Below the pieces are notes generated by a model. That model made no database searches and was not told the DNA's origin. It saw nothing but the letters and a program-made list of their open reading frames with translations. A stretch of DNA of 64,000 nt from Polyangiaceae bacterium. Lineage in GTDB: Bacteria; Myxococcota_A; Polyangia; Polyangiales; Polyangiaceae. Positions 39,956 to 49,750 of the stretch are shown in pieces; positions within the stretch are counted from its first letter, which is position 1; each line of letters begins with the position of its first letter. The DNA lies in the NCBI GenBank assembly GCA_044376115.1, contig JBILLK010000004.1, positions 352,001-416,000 on the forward strand, given 5' to 3'. Made by a program: the position numbers and the translations under genes.

Positions 39956-41585
39956 TCAAGGCACCGGCGTGAACGCAGTCGGGGTTGGGCTGAAGGTCAG
40001 GAACGTTCGCTCGTTGTTTGCTTGGTAAAGCGTCCCATTCCAGTTGAGGTCAGCGTAGAAGTGCCCGAACACGAGGTCTCCGCAGGCGGTGGGTAAGGCT
40101 TGAAGGAAGGCGTCGCTGTTACCAGAAGACAAGGGTGGATAATCCACGACGCCGTCGAGTACGCCATCGGCCGAATAGTGCATTAGCAACGAGTCAACCT
40201 CGGGAGTGGAATGGGGAAGCCCGTTGACGTACGAGGTCGTCATAGGCTGGCGGTGGGTATGGCCGAGGAGGTAGCCGCCGCCATGCGGTGCCATCGAGGT
40301 TACGTCGAAAGAGAAACTGAAGCCGGCCGCTACCTCATTGGCCGTTACCCAGCTAACGCCTAGATCGTCCTCCACCTTGGCGAGGAAGCTCGCGTGGCGC
40401 CCGCCAACGATTGTCGGTCCAGGTCCGCCGAAGAAGTTCGTATCGGATGCCCCAGCCTCGACCTTGGCGTAGATCACCAAGCCGTCTTCGGCCTGCAGCA
40501 TCGAGAGCGCCTCATGAGCACGCCCGGAGAAACCGAACGCGCGCGCCCGGGGCAGTTCAATGGGCGGCGCCTTATCGAACTTGACCAAGAAGGGCGTAGG
40601 CGTGGAAACGTAGCTCAGTGGATCGATAGTTGGCCCGAAGTCGGGCGGGGCGAGCATGTATTCGCCGTAGACGAAGCGTGCCTCGGGCTTGTCCACCACG
40701 CCGGTCACCCGGCCGGTGCCGGGCCACGCAGAGGTCGTATCGACCTGCCCCGTTGCGGTATCCAGCTCGGCCAGGAACAGGAACGGCCCCGTGGAACCGC
40801 TTGAAAGCTGGCTGTCCCCCAATGTAACGGGCCCCGAGGCGTAGCCGCCCAGCAGCAAGCGGTCCGCCTCGGCTACAACGACGTTGATCTCGGTGCTGAA
40901 CTCGCCCACCAGATGGGAGGTCCATTGGATGGCCCCGGCCGCGTCGAGCTTGACCAGGGCCGAGTGGAAGTTGGGACTGGGCCCGATGAAGCTGACGCTG
41001 TCCAACTTCATGACGTCGAAGCTGCTCACCACAAAAACGAGCCCACCGTCCTCGGTTGGGGTCAGCTGCTGAAGATTGGTGTAGGCGCCAACGCCGTGAA
41101 GGTGATGCTGCCAAAGGGCTTCTTCTCCGCTCGGGGCCAACCCAAGCAAAAAGAAGTTGTATTCACCGTCCACCGACGGCATCGGCGAGCTGAGCAGGTT
41201 GATCGAACCGCTGAAGTCCCCGGCGAGCGCGATCACCCCGCTCTCTGGTACGTAAGCCGCCGCCGCTGCGCGCATGAACTGGTCAGCGCCGAGCACGCTG
41301 ACGAACTCGCTCGGACATACTGGGGCGCCGCCGGAGCCACCGTATCCGCCGTAACCGCCGTGGCCGCCGCTGCCACCTTGGGCCCCAGCACCGCCCTGGC
41401 CGCCGCCAGCCGAGTTGCCCCCGCTTCCGCCGCCAGCGCTGCTCGAGCTACCTCCGGTCGAGCTGTTGCCCGCGCTCTGTGAGAACGTCTGTGTCGAAGA
41501 TCAGCCCGCAACCGCTAGCGAGACCAACCCACAAGGCTCCGAAAGTCATGGCGAGCAATCGATTGCCACTGTGCAAGGTCAGCAT
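39956..41585 (-). pseudogene. Beta-propeller (SBBP-like) lipoprotein with a +1 frameshift after the lipobox
   Basis: ATG 41585 gives ..VGLASGCGLIFDTD then stops at 41448; the Gly/Ser linker and propeller repeats (AGDFSGSI, LVKLDAAG..W, FLAKV) lie in the next frame. Confidence 0.7.
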
Positions 41586-41590
41586 CGCGG

Positions 41591-42535
41591 TCACCACTTC
41601 CCCGATAGGCCAATAAAGCCCGGCCCGACGATCGGAGCCAAGGCGACCTCATTCGATGGTTCACCGCTGAGCAGCCCCGCGAGCAACAGCCCGCCGCCGG
41701 CGAGCGCCAAGCCGCCACCCACATAAAACGAGACCGTGGATACCGTGCGCAGCGTGGTCAGGTCCGAAACGTCCGCCACCGCGCATATCCCGTCGTCATT
41801 GCAGCCGTAGTCGTCCGCCTTGCTCATCGCCGCTAGGCCGGTGGCGCCCCACACGATGAGCCCAGCGCCGCCAGCGCTGGCAACGACTGCACCGACGACG
41901 GTGAGCACGTTGGGGCCCGTCTCCTGCGAGCCCGCCGCTTCGGGCGACTTCGTAAAGTCGAAGCGAACTCGCTCTTTCGCCCCAACCGCGAGGGTGACGC
42001 TCTGCGAGCGCGTGGCGCCGGCATAGGTCGCGGTCACGTTATGCTCACCGGGGTTGAGCTGAATCGCGCCGAGCGCGATCTCTACCTCACGCCCATCAAT
42101 GCTCAGCTTCACCGTCTTGCGTTGGTCTGCGCTAATTCCAACGAACTCGAGTTCGACCGAGGGGATGCGGGGTAAAAGCTTCTCGAGTTCGGTCTGAGCG
42201 TCCAGCTTCGATTGTTGCCAAACCTCAGGCGAGTTGGGTGCGAGTGGAATGGCCGTTACCTGGGTGAAGCGCGCTTGCGCCTCGAGCAAACGGCCGAGCC
42301 TCGCGAGCGCACGGCCCGCATAAAGACCGAGCGGTGGGATGCGCGCCTTGCGATCCGCCTCGTCGAGCTTCACCAGCGCGGCTTCGTATTCCTCTTTGTC
42401 GAACAAGGCCAAGCCCTGTTGACCGAGCAGCTTGGCCTGCGCCAGCTCTTCTTCCGACTGCGCGACGGCAACGCTCGGACTCAGCGCCAACAGCGCAACC
42501 GTACAAATACGAACGAAAGAAGGCCGAAAAAGCAT
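41591..42535 (-). CDS. Secreted TPR + PEGA-like protein
   Basis: Signal peptide ..AVAQ, TPR-like helices, IDGRE..LNPGEHNV, C-terminal Gly-rich hydrophobic hairpin. Confidence 0.75.
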   Translation of the reverse strand: MLFRPSFVRICTVALLALSPSVAVAQSEEELAQAKLLGQQGLALFDKEEYEAALVKLDEADRKARIPPLGLYAGRALARLGRLLEAQARFTQVTAIPLAPNSPEVWQQSKLDAQTELEKLLPRIPSVELEFVGISADQRKTVKLSIDGREVEIALGAIQLNPGEHNVTATYAGATRSQSVTLAVGAKERVRFDFTKSPEAAGSQETGPNVLTVVGAVVASAGGAGLIVWGATGLAAMSKADDYGCNDDGICAVADVSDLTTLRTVSTVSFYVGGGLALAGGGLLLAGLLSGEPSNEVALAPIVGPGFIGLSGKW

Positions 42536-42538
42536 CGA

Positions 42539-43945
42539 TCAAAGACCTAGGCGAGGGTCGGTGGGACCCATAGGCTTGCTGGTGGGTGGCGGCTTGGCCG
42601 TTGGCTTCGAGGAAGGAAGGACCGGCGCAGCAACAGGCCGAGCCGGTTGCTGAAGGCTCGCGGCGGCGGTAGCGGTTGCTGCCGCGGTCGCAGAGGCCGT
42701 TGCGGGGAGAGGGAGATCTGGGGTCACGCTTGGCGCGGTGGAGAGAGTGACGGTTGGCGCCGCTTCAGTGACTCCCGAACCCTGCCGCTTCTCCGAGGAG
42801 CCCTCTTTCGCGAGCTCGCTCGCTGCGGGTTGGGACGTTGCGTCGCCATTCGACCAAAGGCTGGGAAAGGCCAACAGGCCGCCCGCCAGCGCGAGCACGA
42901 CCGCGCCGCCGATCCCCCCGTAGACCAGCTTGCTGCGCCGTTTTTGTTCGCGCGCGGCCCGGGTCCGGTGGGTCGTAACGGGGGAAACGGTGCCGCGATC
43001 GAGAAGCGATGCAGGGCTCACCTCGACGGCAGAGACCGGCCCAGCGGGGAGCTCGGGGCGAGGACTTTCAACGCCAGCGAGGGCATCGCGCAGCGCATCG
43101 ACCATGGCCCGAGCGGACGGAAAGCGAGCATTGACGTCCCGCGAAGCCGCGCGCGCCCACCAAGCATCAAACGCAGGCGGTAGCCCCGGAGCCACCTGGC
43201 TGGGGATGGGCAGCGGGCGCGAACAGATCGAAAGGATCATGTCGCCGAGGTTCGTCGAGAGGAACGGCAGCGAACCGGTCAAGCACTCGAAGGCAATCAC
43301 CGCCATCGACCAAAGATCCGAGCGATGGTCGAGCGGCGCGCCGGTGGCTTGCTCCGGGCTCATATAGCAGGGCGTTCCGAGCAGCTGCCCCGTACTGGTC
43401 GCCTTCAAGCCAATATCGAGTGACGAGCGGGTCAACTTGGCGATCCCGAAGTCGAGCACCTTGGCGATTTCGTCGTCTTCATTGCGCACGATGAAGATGT
43501 TGTCGGGCTTGAGGTCACGGTGGATGATCCCCGCTTCGTGCGCGCGCGTCATTGCACGGGCCACGTGACTCATGAACTTCACGGTCTCGGTCGCTGAGAT
43601 GTTGCCAACGCGCTCGAGCCGCGCTCCGAGCGTCTCGCCTTGCAGCAACTCCATTGCGATGTAGGGGATTCCGCGGTCGAGACCGTGATCGGTCACCTGC
43701 ACCACGTGCGGGCTCTGCAGCTGGGCAGAGGCCTGGGCCTCGCGCTCGAAGCGAGCAAACAGCTCCTCCCGAGCGGCGCCTATGTCGAGCAGCGCCGGGT
43801 CGATCAGCTTGAGCGCAAACAGCGAGCGCAGCGAGAGGTGTTCGGCCTTCCAGACCTCTCCCATCGCGCCGTTACCGAGCCGAGCAAGCAACCTGTAGCG
43901 CTCGGCCACAACGGTGCCTTCAGCAAAGCTCGTGCTGGTCCCCAT
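42539..43945 (-). CDS. Eukaryotic-like Ser/Thr protein kinase, membrane-anchored
   Basis: LGNGAMGEVW, ALK, HRDLKPDN, DFG, GTPCYMSPEQ, DLWS; TM and Pro/Ala-rich tail. Confidence 0.95.
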   Translation of the reverse strand: MGTSTSFAEGTVVAERYRLLARLGNGAMGEVWKAEHLSLRSLFALKLIDPALLDIGAAREELFARFEREAQASAQLQSPHVVQVTDHGLDRGIPYIAMELLQGETLGARLERVGNISATETVKFMSHVARAMTRAHEAGIIHRDLKPDNIFIVRNEDDEIAKVLDFGIAKLTRSSLDIGLKATSTGQLLGTPCYMSPEQATGAPLDHRSDLWSMAVIAFECLTGSLPFLSTNLGDMILSICSRPLPIPSQVAPGLPPAFDAWWARAASRDVNARFPSARAMVDALRDALAGVESPRPELPAGPVSAVEVSPASLLDRGTVSPVTTHRTRAAREQKRRSKLVYGGIGGAVVLALAGGLLAFPSLWSNGDATSQPAASELAKEGSSEKRQGSGVTEAAPTVTLSTAPSVTPDLPLPATASATAAATATAAASLQQPARPVAAPVLPSSKPTAKPPPTSKPMGPTDPRLGL

Positions 43946-44015
43946 CGAAAGTAGGCTCAGGCTAGCACGGAGCTGGAGGCTTTGCTGGCATGGGCGGATT
44001 CGGGCTCGCCCAAGC

Positions 44016-44990
44016 TCAGAGCAGGCCCGACAGCGAAAGGCCCGCCGTACCTGGGCCGGGTCCGAGTTGCACAGGGCTCTCCGTGCGGACGCGCCCTCCG
44101 AGATCGAAGCGCGTCCAATACGCAATGTTCGACCAAAACAGCCCGATGCCCATCCCGGCGAGGACGTCGGTTGCGTGATGGTGATGGTCTTCGACTCGGC
44201 TCACGCCAATCCAGGTTGCCGCGCCCAAGATCGCGAGGTTCGTCAAGCCGGCGAGCGGAGCGGACACCTCGCTACCCCGCGCGCCCCAAATGAATCGGCC
44301 ACCGAGCGCCAACGCTGAGTAGCCCGCAGCCGAAAAGGCGATCGCCGTGTGACCCGACGGGAAGCTGATTTGCCCATCGAGAAAGGCGGTGGTCTCGGCC
44401 TCGCTGCAGGCCTCTCCATCTGGGTCCTTGGCGCAAGCCCGTTCATACGCTGCCACGCGTCCAAGGAAGTCCGGCCGCAAGCGACCAAACGCGCGCTTGA
44501 GCGACTCCGAGGTAAAGAGGCTGAAGCTGACGCTCTGCCCAGCCCCAGCGATGATCTCGAAGGTCTCACGCCAATCGCCATTGCTGAAGCCGTCGAACAA
44601 ACCGACCCCGATCGGCAGCTGAACCGTGAGCAGCGCCGCGACACCGGCGGCCCAGGAAGGGACGGTCGTTTCGGCGAGCCGCGGCAAACGAATCGAGCTC
44701 GCGTCACCGCGCACAGAGCCTGTTTCGCGGTCGTAGCCGGGCCCAAGCGGTGGGCTCGTGTTGGGTGGGAACGCTTGGAACACGAGGCTTGCGAGCGCAA
44801 AGCTGGCGCTCTCTGCGAGGTCGAGTCCATCGGCTGGTTCAAACGTGAAATCGCTGCTGGCCGTCGAAGTCGCAGGGGCGAGCTCATCGGCTCGAGCGTG
44901 GGGCGCCCAAACAAACGCCGCGCTCGCAAGCCCAAGGCCTGTTCGCCGTCCCCAGCGAGCGCACGCGAACGGCCCTTTTGGTGACTTCAT
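44016..44990 (-). CDS. PAP2 family phosphatase
   Basis: K(x6)RP (KRAFGRLRP), SFPSGH, SR(x5)H(x3)D. Confidence 0.9.
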   Translation of the reverse strand: MKSPKGPFACARWGRRTGLGLASAAFVWAPHARADELAPATSTASSDFTFEPADGLDLAESASFALASLVFQAFPPNTSPPLGPGYDRETGSVRGDASSIRLPRLAETTVPSWAAGVAALLTVQLPIGVGLFDGFSNGDWRETFEIIAGAGQSVSFSLFTSESLKRAFGRLRPDFLGRVAAYERACAKDPDGEACSEAETTAFLDGQISFPSGHTAIAFSAAGYSALALGGRFIWGARGSEVSAPLAGLTNLAILGAATWIGVSRVEDHHHHATDVLAGMGIGLFWSNIAYWTRFDLGGRVRTESPVQLGPGPGTAGLSLSGLL

Positions 44991-45024
44991 TTTCTTCTCA
45001 CGAGAGAACTGCCATCCTGGCCGG

Positions 45025-46206
45025 ATGTCGTTTTCTGAGCAAGCGCTACCGGGTCTCTTCACAGCGTCCGCACTGTTGCTCGCAGCGATCGGTTGCGGTG
45101 GTGCCACAAATGAGCCCGCCCTTGTGCCTGTTACGACGTTGCCCACCATGGCCGCAGCGGCCTGCGACAGCAACGCTGAGACCTCGAGCGTCTACGTCGT
45201 CGGCTTGCCCAGTCAACAACGCACCGAACTCGAGCTCGCCTTGGATGCAAAAGACCTAACGGTGGTGTCCTTCTCTTGCAACAAGTTGACGCTGCTCAAG
45301 CGCTGCAAAGCCTCGGGCAATTACAACTTTCGCGGCGCCCGCCCCAAGCAATCGGTGCTCTACCTCGAGACGGCGGAGCAGATCCGCGCGGCGCTCCCGC
45401 TCGGCGCTGATGAGCTGGTGAACGGCTTCCAAAGCAAGGCCGCCAGCAAGAGCAAACTCGATCTCGGCTTGGCCATCGTCGGTGAGCAGCTGAGCCCCTC
45501 GTCCTCCTTCACGCAGAAGGAACTTCAGGGCGAGTGCGCCGGCGCGACGCACGTCGTGGTCGGAGCAACGCGGGGCGCCTTCGCCATCGCGACCAGTGAG
45601 GTCAATACGCCGCGAACGGTCGAGCAGATCTTCCAGGCGGGCATCTCCAATGCGGCGCCACAAGCCGGCGGCACCCTCAAAAGCTGCAACTCGGCGGCCG
45701 ACGGCTCGATCCGGCCGCCCCAAGAATGCCAAGCGGTGTTGGGCCTCGAGCTCGCCAAGATTGGCGCCGGGCTCGGCGAGCTGGAGGTCGATGTGACGTT
45801 TGGGCTCTTGTACGAAGACGACGCTTGCGAGGTGCCTCGCGATTGCCAACGGCGCTGCGACGAGAACGAGGGCAAAGCCTGTCGCATGTTGGGCATCAGT
45901 GAGATCCTCGGCAAAGACATGGACGTCAGCATCCCGCAGGGCCTGCGGCACCTGATGCGGTCGTGCGATCTCGGAGATCCACGCGGCTGTTCGGCGCTCT
46001 CCGGCATGCTCCTCTTTGCCAATCGCTACGCAGAGGGTATTCCCTTCGCCGAGAAGGCTTGTGCCATCTCCAACGATGCGGATGGTTGCTTCAACCTCGG
46101 GCTGATGACCGAGACCTCCGACCCGGCTATGGCTAAAAAAGCCTACAAACGCGCTTGCGAAGGCGAGATCAAGATCGCCTGCAAGAAGGTACAGGAGATG
46201 GACTGA
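45025..46206 (+). CDS. Lipoprotein with C-terminal Sel1-like Cys repeats
   Basis: AAIGC lipobox; CDLGDPRGC, GCFNLG, YKRACEG..AC. Confidence 0.75.
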   Translation: MSFSEQALPGLFTASALLLAAIGCGGATNEPALVPVTTLPTMAAAACDSNAETSSVYVVGLPSQQRTELELALDAKDLTVVSFSCNKLTLLKRCKASGNYNFRGARPKQSVLYLETAEQIRAALPLGADELVNGFQSKAASKSKLDLGLAIVGEQLSPSSSFTQKELQGECAGATHVVVGATRGAFAIATSEVNTPRTVEQIFQAGISNAAPQAGGTLKSCNSAADGSIRPPQECQAVLGLELAKIGAGLGELEVDVTFGLLYEDDACEVPRDCQRRCDENEGKACRMLGISEILGKDMDVSIPQGLRHLMRSCDLGDPRGCSALSGMLLFANRYAEGIPFAEKACAISNDADGCFNLGLMTETSDPAMAKKAYKRACEGEIKIACKKVQEMD

Positions 46207-46231
46207 GTTCGCGTCGGCAGCGTGCGCAAGG

Positions 46232-49200
46232 CTACGGCAGAGCCGGGCCCTTGCCACGCAGGAGCTCCACCAGCTCCTCGGCCCCAAGCCCTGCGGGCGC
46301 TCGCTCTCCCAACAGCACCTTGCTTACCAGCGCCCGCTTCTGCGCATGCAGGCTCAGCATCTGCTCTTCGATCGTCCCGAGCGAGATCAGTCGATAGATG
46401 GTTACCGGCTTGGTTTGACCGGGCCGATGCGCGCGGTCGGCCGCTTGGTCCTCGACCGCTGGGTTCCACCATGGGTCGAGCAAGATCACGTTGGACGCGG
46501 CGGTTAGATTGAGGCCCACTCCGCCGGCTTTGAGCGAGATCAGAAAGAGCGGCGCTGAGCCTTCTTGAAACGCGCGCACCAGCTCACCGCGAGCCTTCGC
46601 GGGCGTTGCACCATCGAGATAAAGGTACTCGAGGCCGCTGCGTTCGAGGGCCTCACGCACCAGCGCCAAATGCGAAGTAAACTGACTAAATATCAATGCA
46701 CGCTGGCCCTCGGCGCGCAGCTCAGCCACCAGCCGTAACAGCCGTTCGAGCTTGGAGGAGACCACCAAGGAGCGCTCGTCGTACAGGCGTGGGTGCGAGG
46801 CCAAGAGGCGCAAACGGGTCAGCGCCGCCAACACTTCTACCCGGCGCTCTTGTTCGCGCATTTTCGACTTGCGCGTCTCCAGGTCGGAGAGCGCTGCCAA
46901 ACGGGCGTCTTCATACAGCTGCCACTCGCTCGTCGACAACGTCACCGGCACGCTGATCTCGGTGCGCGCCGGCAACTCTGCTTCAACCTCGAGCTTGGTG
47001 CGGCGCAAGAGGAAGGGCACGATCACCCGGCCCAGCGCCGGTGCAGCCTCGGGATCGAGCTGCTTCTCGATCGGAGCGGCGAAGCGCCGTCGAAAGCTCT
47101 CCCAACTGCCGAGCAGCTGCGGGTAGACCAAGTGAAACAGGCTCCACAGCTCGCCGAGGTGGTTCTCCATCGGCGTGCCGGAGAGGGCCACGCTGAACTC
47201 GGCCTTCAGCCCTTTGGCCGCGCGAAAGCGTTGACTCGTCGCGTTCTTGAGGTTCTGCGCCTCATCGAAGATCGCCGTGGCGAAAGCGACCTTCGCAAAG
47301 GCTTCGCGATCACGCAGCAAGAGCGCATAGCTGACGAGCACCACGTCGCCCGGCCCGACTGTGGAGAGCAGCTCGGCGCGCTCGCGCCGCGCACCGCCTG
47401 CCGCTGGCTCTGCGCCGTATTGGCGCAGCGTAAGGCCCGGCGCAAAACGCTTCGCCTCGGCTCGCCAATTGAAGGCGACCGAGGTCGGGACCACCACCAG
47501 CGCCGGCCCTCGTTGGCTGCGCTGGAGCAAGAGCGCGAGCGCCTGCACCGTCTTTCCGAGGCCCATGTCGTCGGCCAAGATCGCGCCGGCGGCGGACTCG
47601 GCGAGCCGCACGAGCCAGCGGTAACCTTCGACCTGATAGCTGCGCAGCTCGCTCGTGAGGCCGCTCGGAACGGCCGGGACGAGCGCCATGGCGGCGGCCT
47701 TGCGGTCCTCGAGCTGACAGAACGCAGCGTCGCGGTCGAGCTGGGCGCCCGCGCGTTCGAGCGCGTGGAGAGCGCTACTCGCCGAAGGGCCGAGCTCGAG
47801 CTGCTCGCCCACCGGCCTCACGTGGTCGGCGAGCTGTACGAGGTGGTTGCGCAGCGCCTCCTCCAATTCGAGATAACCGCGGCCGTCCAATTCGACGTAA
47901 CGCTCGCGGCGTCGGACCGCGTCGAGCAGCCGCCCTAGCTCCACCCGTTCGCCCTCGACCGAGAGCCCACCGAGCACGCCGAACCACTCGCTGCGGCGCT
48001 TCACCGCCACCCGCAACATCGCGCTGCGCGCCGTCCCGAGCACCAGCAGCGGCAAGCCCTGCCATTCGACCTCGGGCGGCGGGCGGCGCTCGGCGCAAAC
48101 GGCGAGCAGCTGCAGCGCGCCCTGCGCGCTCGGATAACGGTATTGAAACGGCAGGTCTTCCAGGGCCTCGGCCGTCGCCAGGGGTAGCTCGGCGATCAGC
48201 TGCTTGGTGGCTGCGAGCTCCTGGCCGAAATCGCGCACCACGTGAACCGCCTTGTCCCCTCGCCGCAGGTGCAAATCGCGGACGCCGCGGCCGGGAACCA
48301 CGCTTGGTCCCGCGTCGAGCGGCCGCACCAACACCTCGACATGAACGGCGCCGTTGGCCTGCGCGGCGAGCCGCAACACCGGCGCAGTCGTGGGCAAAGC
48401 GGCCTCCCCGAGCACGCTGCGCGGCATCGCCACCGGCACCTCACGCGCCCAGCTCGAGAGCGACGCGAGCAGCGCCGTTTGCGCTTCGGCCGGGAACAGG
48501 TCCCCTTGTTGCACCAGCACCTGCAACGCCGATGCGACAGCGGGCTTTGCGTCCAAGAGCGAGAGGCGCGCCCCATCGAACAGGAACAACAGGTCGCCGG
48601 GTTTGGCCCGCGCGATGCGTTGACACAAGCTCGTCGGCAACGCGGTTCCATCGACGCCGGCGGTGAGCCGCAGCGCACCGTTGCGCTCTTCCGCTACGAG
48701 CCCGACCGCCGCGCGGTCGATGCGCGCGGACTGGTCGGGCGCCGAGGCGAGCACCAGCTGCGGATGGCCGATCAGCGACTCGAGCAACGCTCGCGATGCA
48801 GGCGCACTGGCGTCGGTCAGCAGCGCAACGATCGCGCGATCGCCCGCTGATAGCTCGGCGGAGTAACGCTCGAGCAGCTGCTTGCGCGAGACCGCGCTGG
48901 GCGTGAGCTCTTTGCCGTGTTTGTCCTGCTTATGCAGCCACGCTTCGATCCGCACCTCGTCCAAAAGGACGCCCAAGCGAAAGCGCAGATCCAGCGCGGG
49001 TCGCGCTCGCGCGCTCTGCATCGCCTGCCCGAGCGCTTGCAGCGTCCGTTCCCAGGGGGCTTTGGTCAACTCGCTCACTTGCTCGAGGAAGCGATTGTTC
49101 GGCGCTTGTTTCAGCCACACGAGCGCGGTGTCGATCGCCGCCAGCTGATGGATGCAACGCTGGGCGCGGCAACCGCATTCGCTGCGTGGATTGGGCCCGA

Positions 49201-49750
49201 GCGTGAGCACGACCTCTGGCCGCAAAAAGTTCCCCGCCGAACGCGGCAAGGCGAACCAAGCGTTGGGCTCGACGAAGCGAAAGCCCGGTAGGGCGGCCTC
49301 AACGCGCAAGGCGGTGAGCGGCAGTTGGCTTTGTGGGCGTGCGGGCAGCGGCTCTTGGCGCGCTCGAAGTTGCAACAGTTGGGCGTGAAGCGGCGCCGCG
49401 CGCGCTTCACTCGGAGGGCGCAGGCGCGCGCTGAGTTCGCCCTGCGCCGTGTGCGCAGCCTCCTGCTCCTGCGCGAAGAAACGCCACACTATCGGCGCCA
49501 GCAGCTGTTTGAAACGTGGGCCCAAGGTCGAGGTGCTCAGCGTCTCTTCGCTCATCAGCTCGCTCAGGCGGCGACCGATGCTGGCCGCGCGTAGCTGTGG
49601 CCAGAGCGCAGGCGAAAGCTCGACCGCGACGGCTTCGAGCGGAAGACGGCCGAGATGCGCGAGGTCATGCTCGAGGAGCCACTGCTCGAGCTCAGCGCTG
49701 GTTCGATGGGGCGGCGTTTGCGTTGCTGCAGCCGACTCAGACGTGGTCAC
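46232..49750 (-). CDS. SWIM zinc-finger SNF2-family helicase
   Basis: CGC..CIH; ILADDMGLGKT, DEAQ, SGTPMEN, LRRTK, IFSQF, GLNLT, QAADRAHR.GQ. Confidence 0.93.
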   Translation of the reverse strand: MTTSESAAATQTPPHRTSAELEQWLLEHDLAHLGRLPLEAVAVELSPALWPQLRAASIGRRLSELMSEETLSTSTLGPRFKQLLAPIVWRFFAQEQEAAHTAQGELSARLRPPSEARAAPLHAQLLQLRARQEPLPARPQSQLPLTALRVEAALPGFRFVEPNAWFALPRSAGNFLRPEVVLTLGPNPRSECGCRAQRCIHQLAAIDTALVWLKQAPNNRFLEQVSELTKAPWERTLQALGQAMQSARARPALDLRFRLGVLLDEVRIEAWLHKQDKHGKELTPSAVSRKQLLERYSAELSAGDRAIVALLTDASAPASRALLESLIGHPQLVLASAPDQSARIDRAAVGLVAEERNGALRLTAGVDGTALPTSLCQRIARAKPGDLLFLFDGARLSLLDAKPAVASALQVLVQQGDLFPAEAQTALLASLSSWAREVPVAMPRSVLGEAALPTTAPVLRLAAQANGAVHVEVLVRPLDAGPSVVPGRGVRDLHLRRGDKAVHVVRDFGQELAATKQLIAELPLATAEALEDLPFQYRYPSAQGALQLLAVCAERRPPPEVEWQGLPLLVLGTARSAMLRVAVKRRSEWFGVLGGLSVEGERVELGRLLDAVRRRERYVELDGRGYLELEEALRNHLVQLADHVRPVGEQLELGPSASSALHALERAGAQLDRDAAFCQLEDRKAAAMALVPAVPSGLTSELRSYQVEGYRWLVRLAESAAGAILADDMGLGKTVQALALLLQRSQRGPALVVVPTSVAFNWRAEAKRFAPGLTLRQYGAEPAAGGARRERAELLSTVGPGDVVLVSYALLLRDREAFAKVAFATAIFDEAQNLKNATSQRFRAAKGLKAEFSVALSGTPMENHLGELWSLFHLVYPQLLGSWESFRRRFAAPIEKQLDPEAAPALGRVIVPFLLRRTKLEVEAELPARTEISVPVTLSTSEWQLYEDARLAALSDLETRKSKMREQERRVEVLAALTRLRLLASHPRLYDERSLVVSSKLERLLRLVAELRAEGQRALIFSQFTSHLALVREALERSGLEYLYLDGATPAKARGELVRAFQEGSAPLFLISLKAGGVGLNLTAASNVILLDPWWNPAVEDQAADRAHRPGQTKPVTIYRLISLGTIEEQMLSLHAQKRALVSKVLLGERAPAGLGAEELVELLRGKGPALP

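Noticed and set aside
46232..49750. SNF2 helicase as part of an anti-phage system
   Set aside because: SWIM-SNF2 is a widespread stand-alone type; no methylase, nuclease or other defence genes are adjacent
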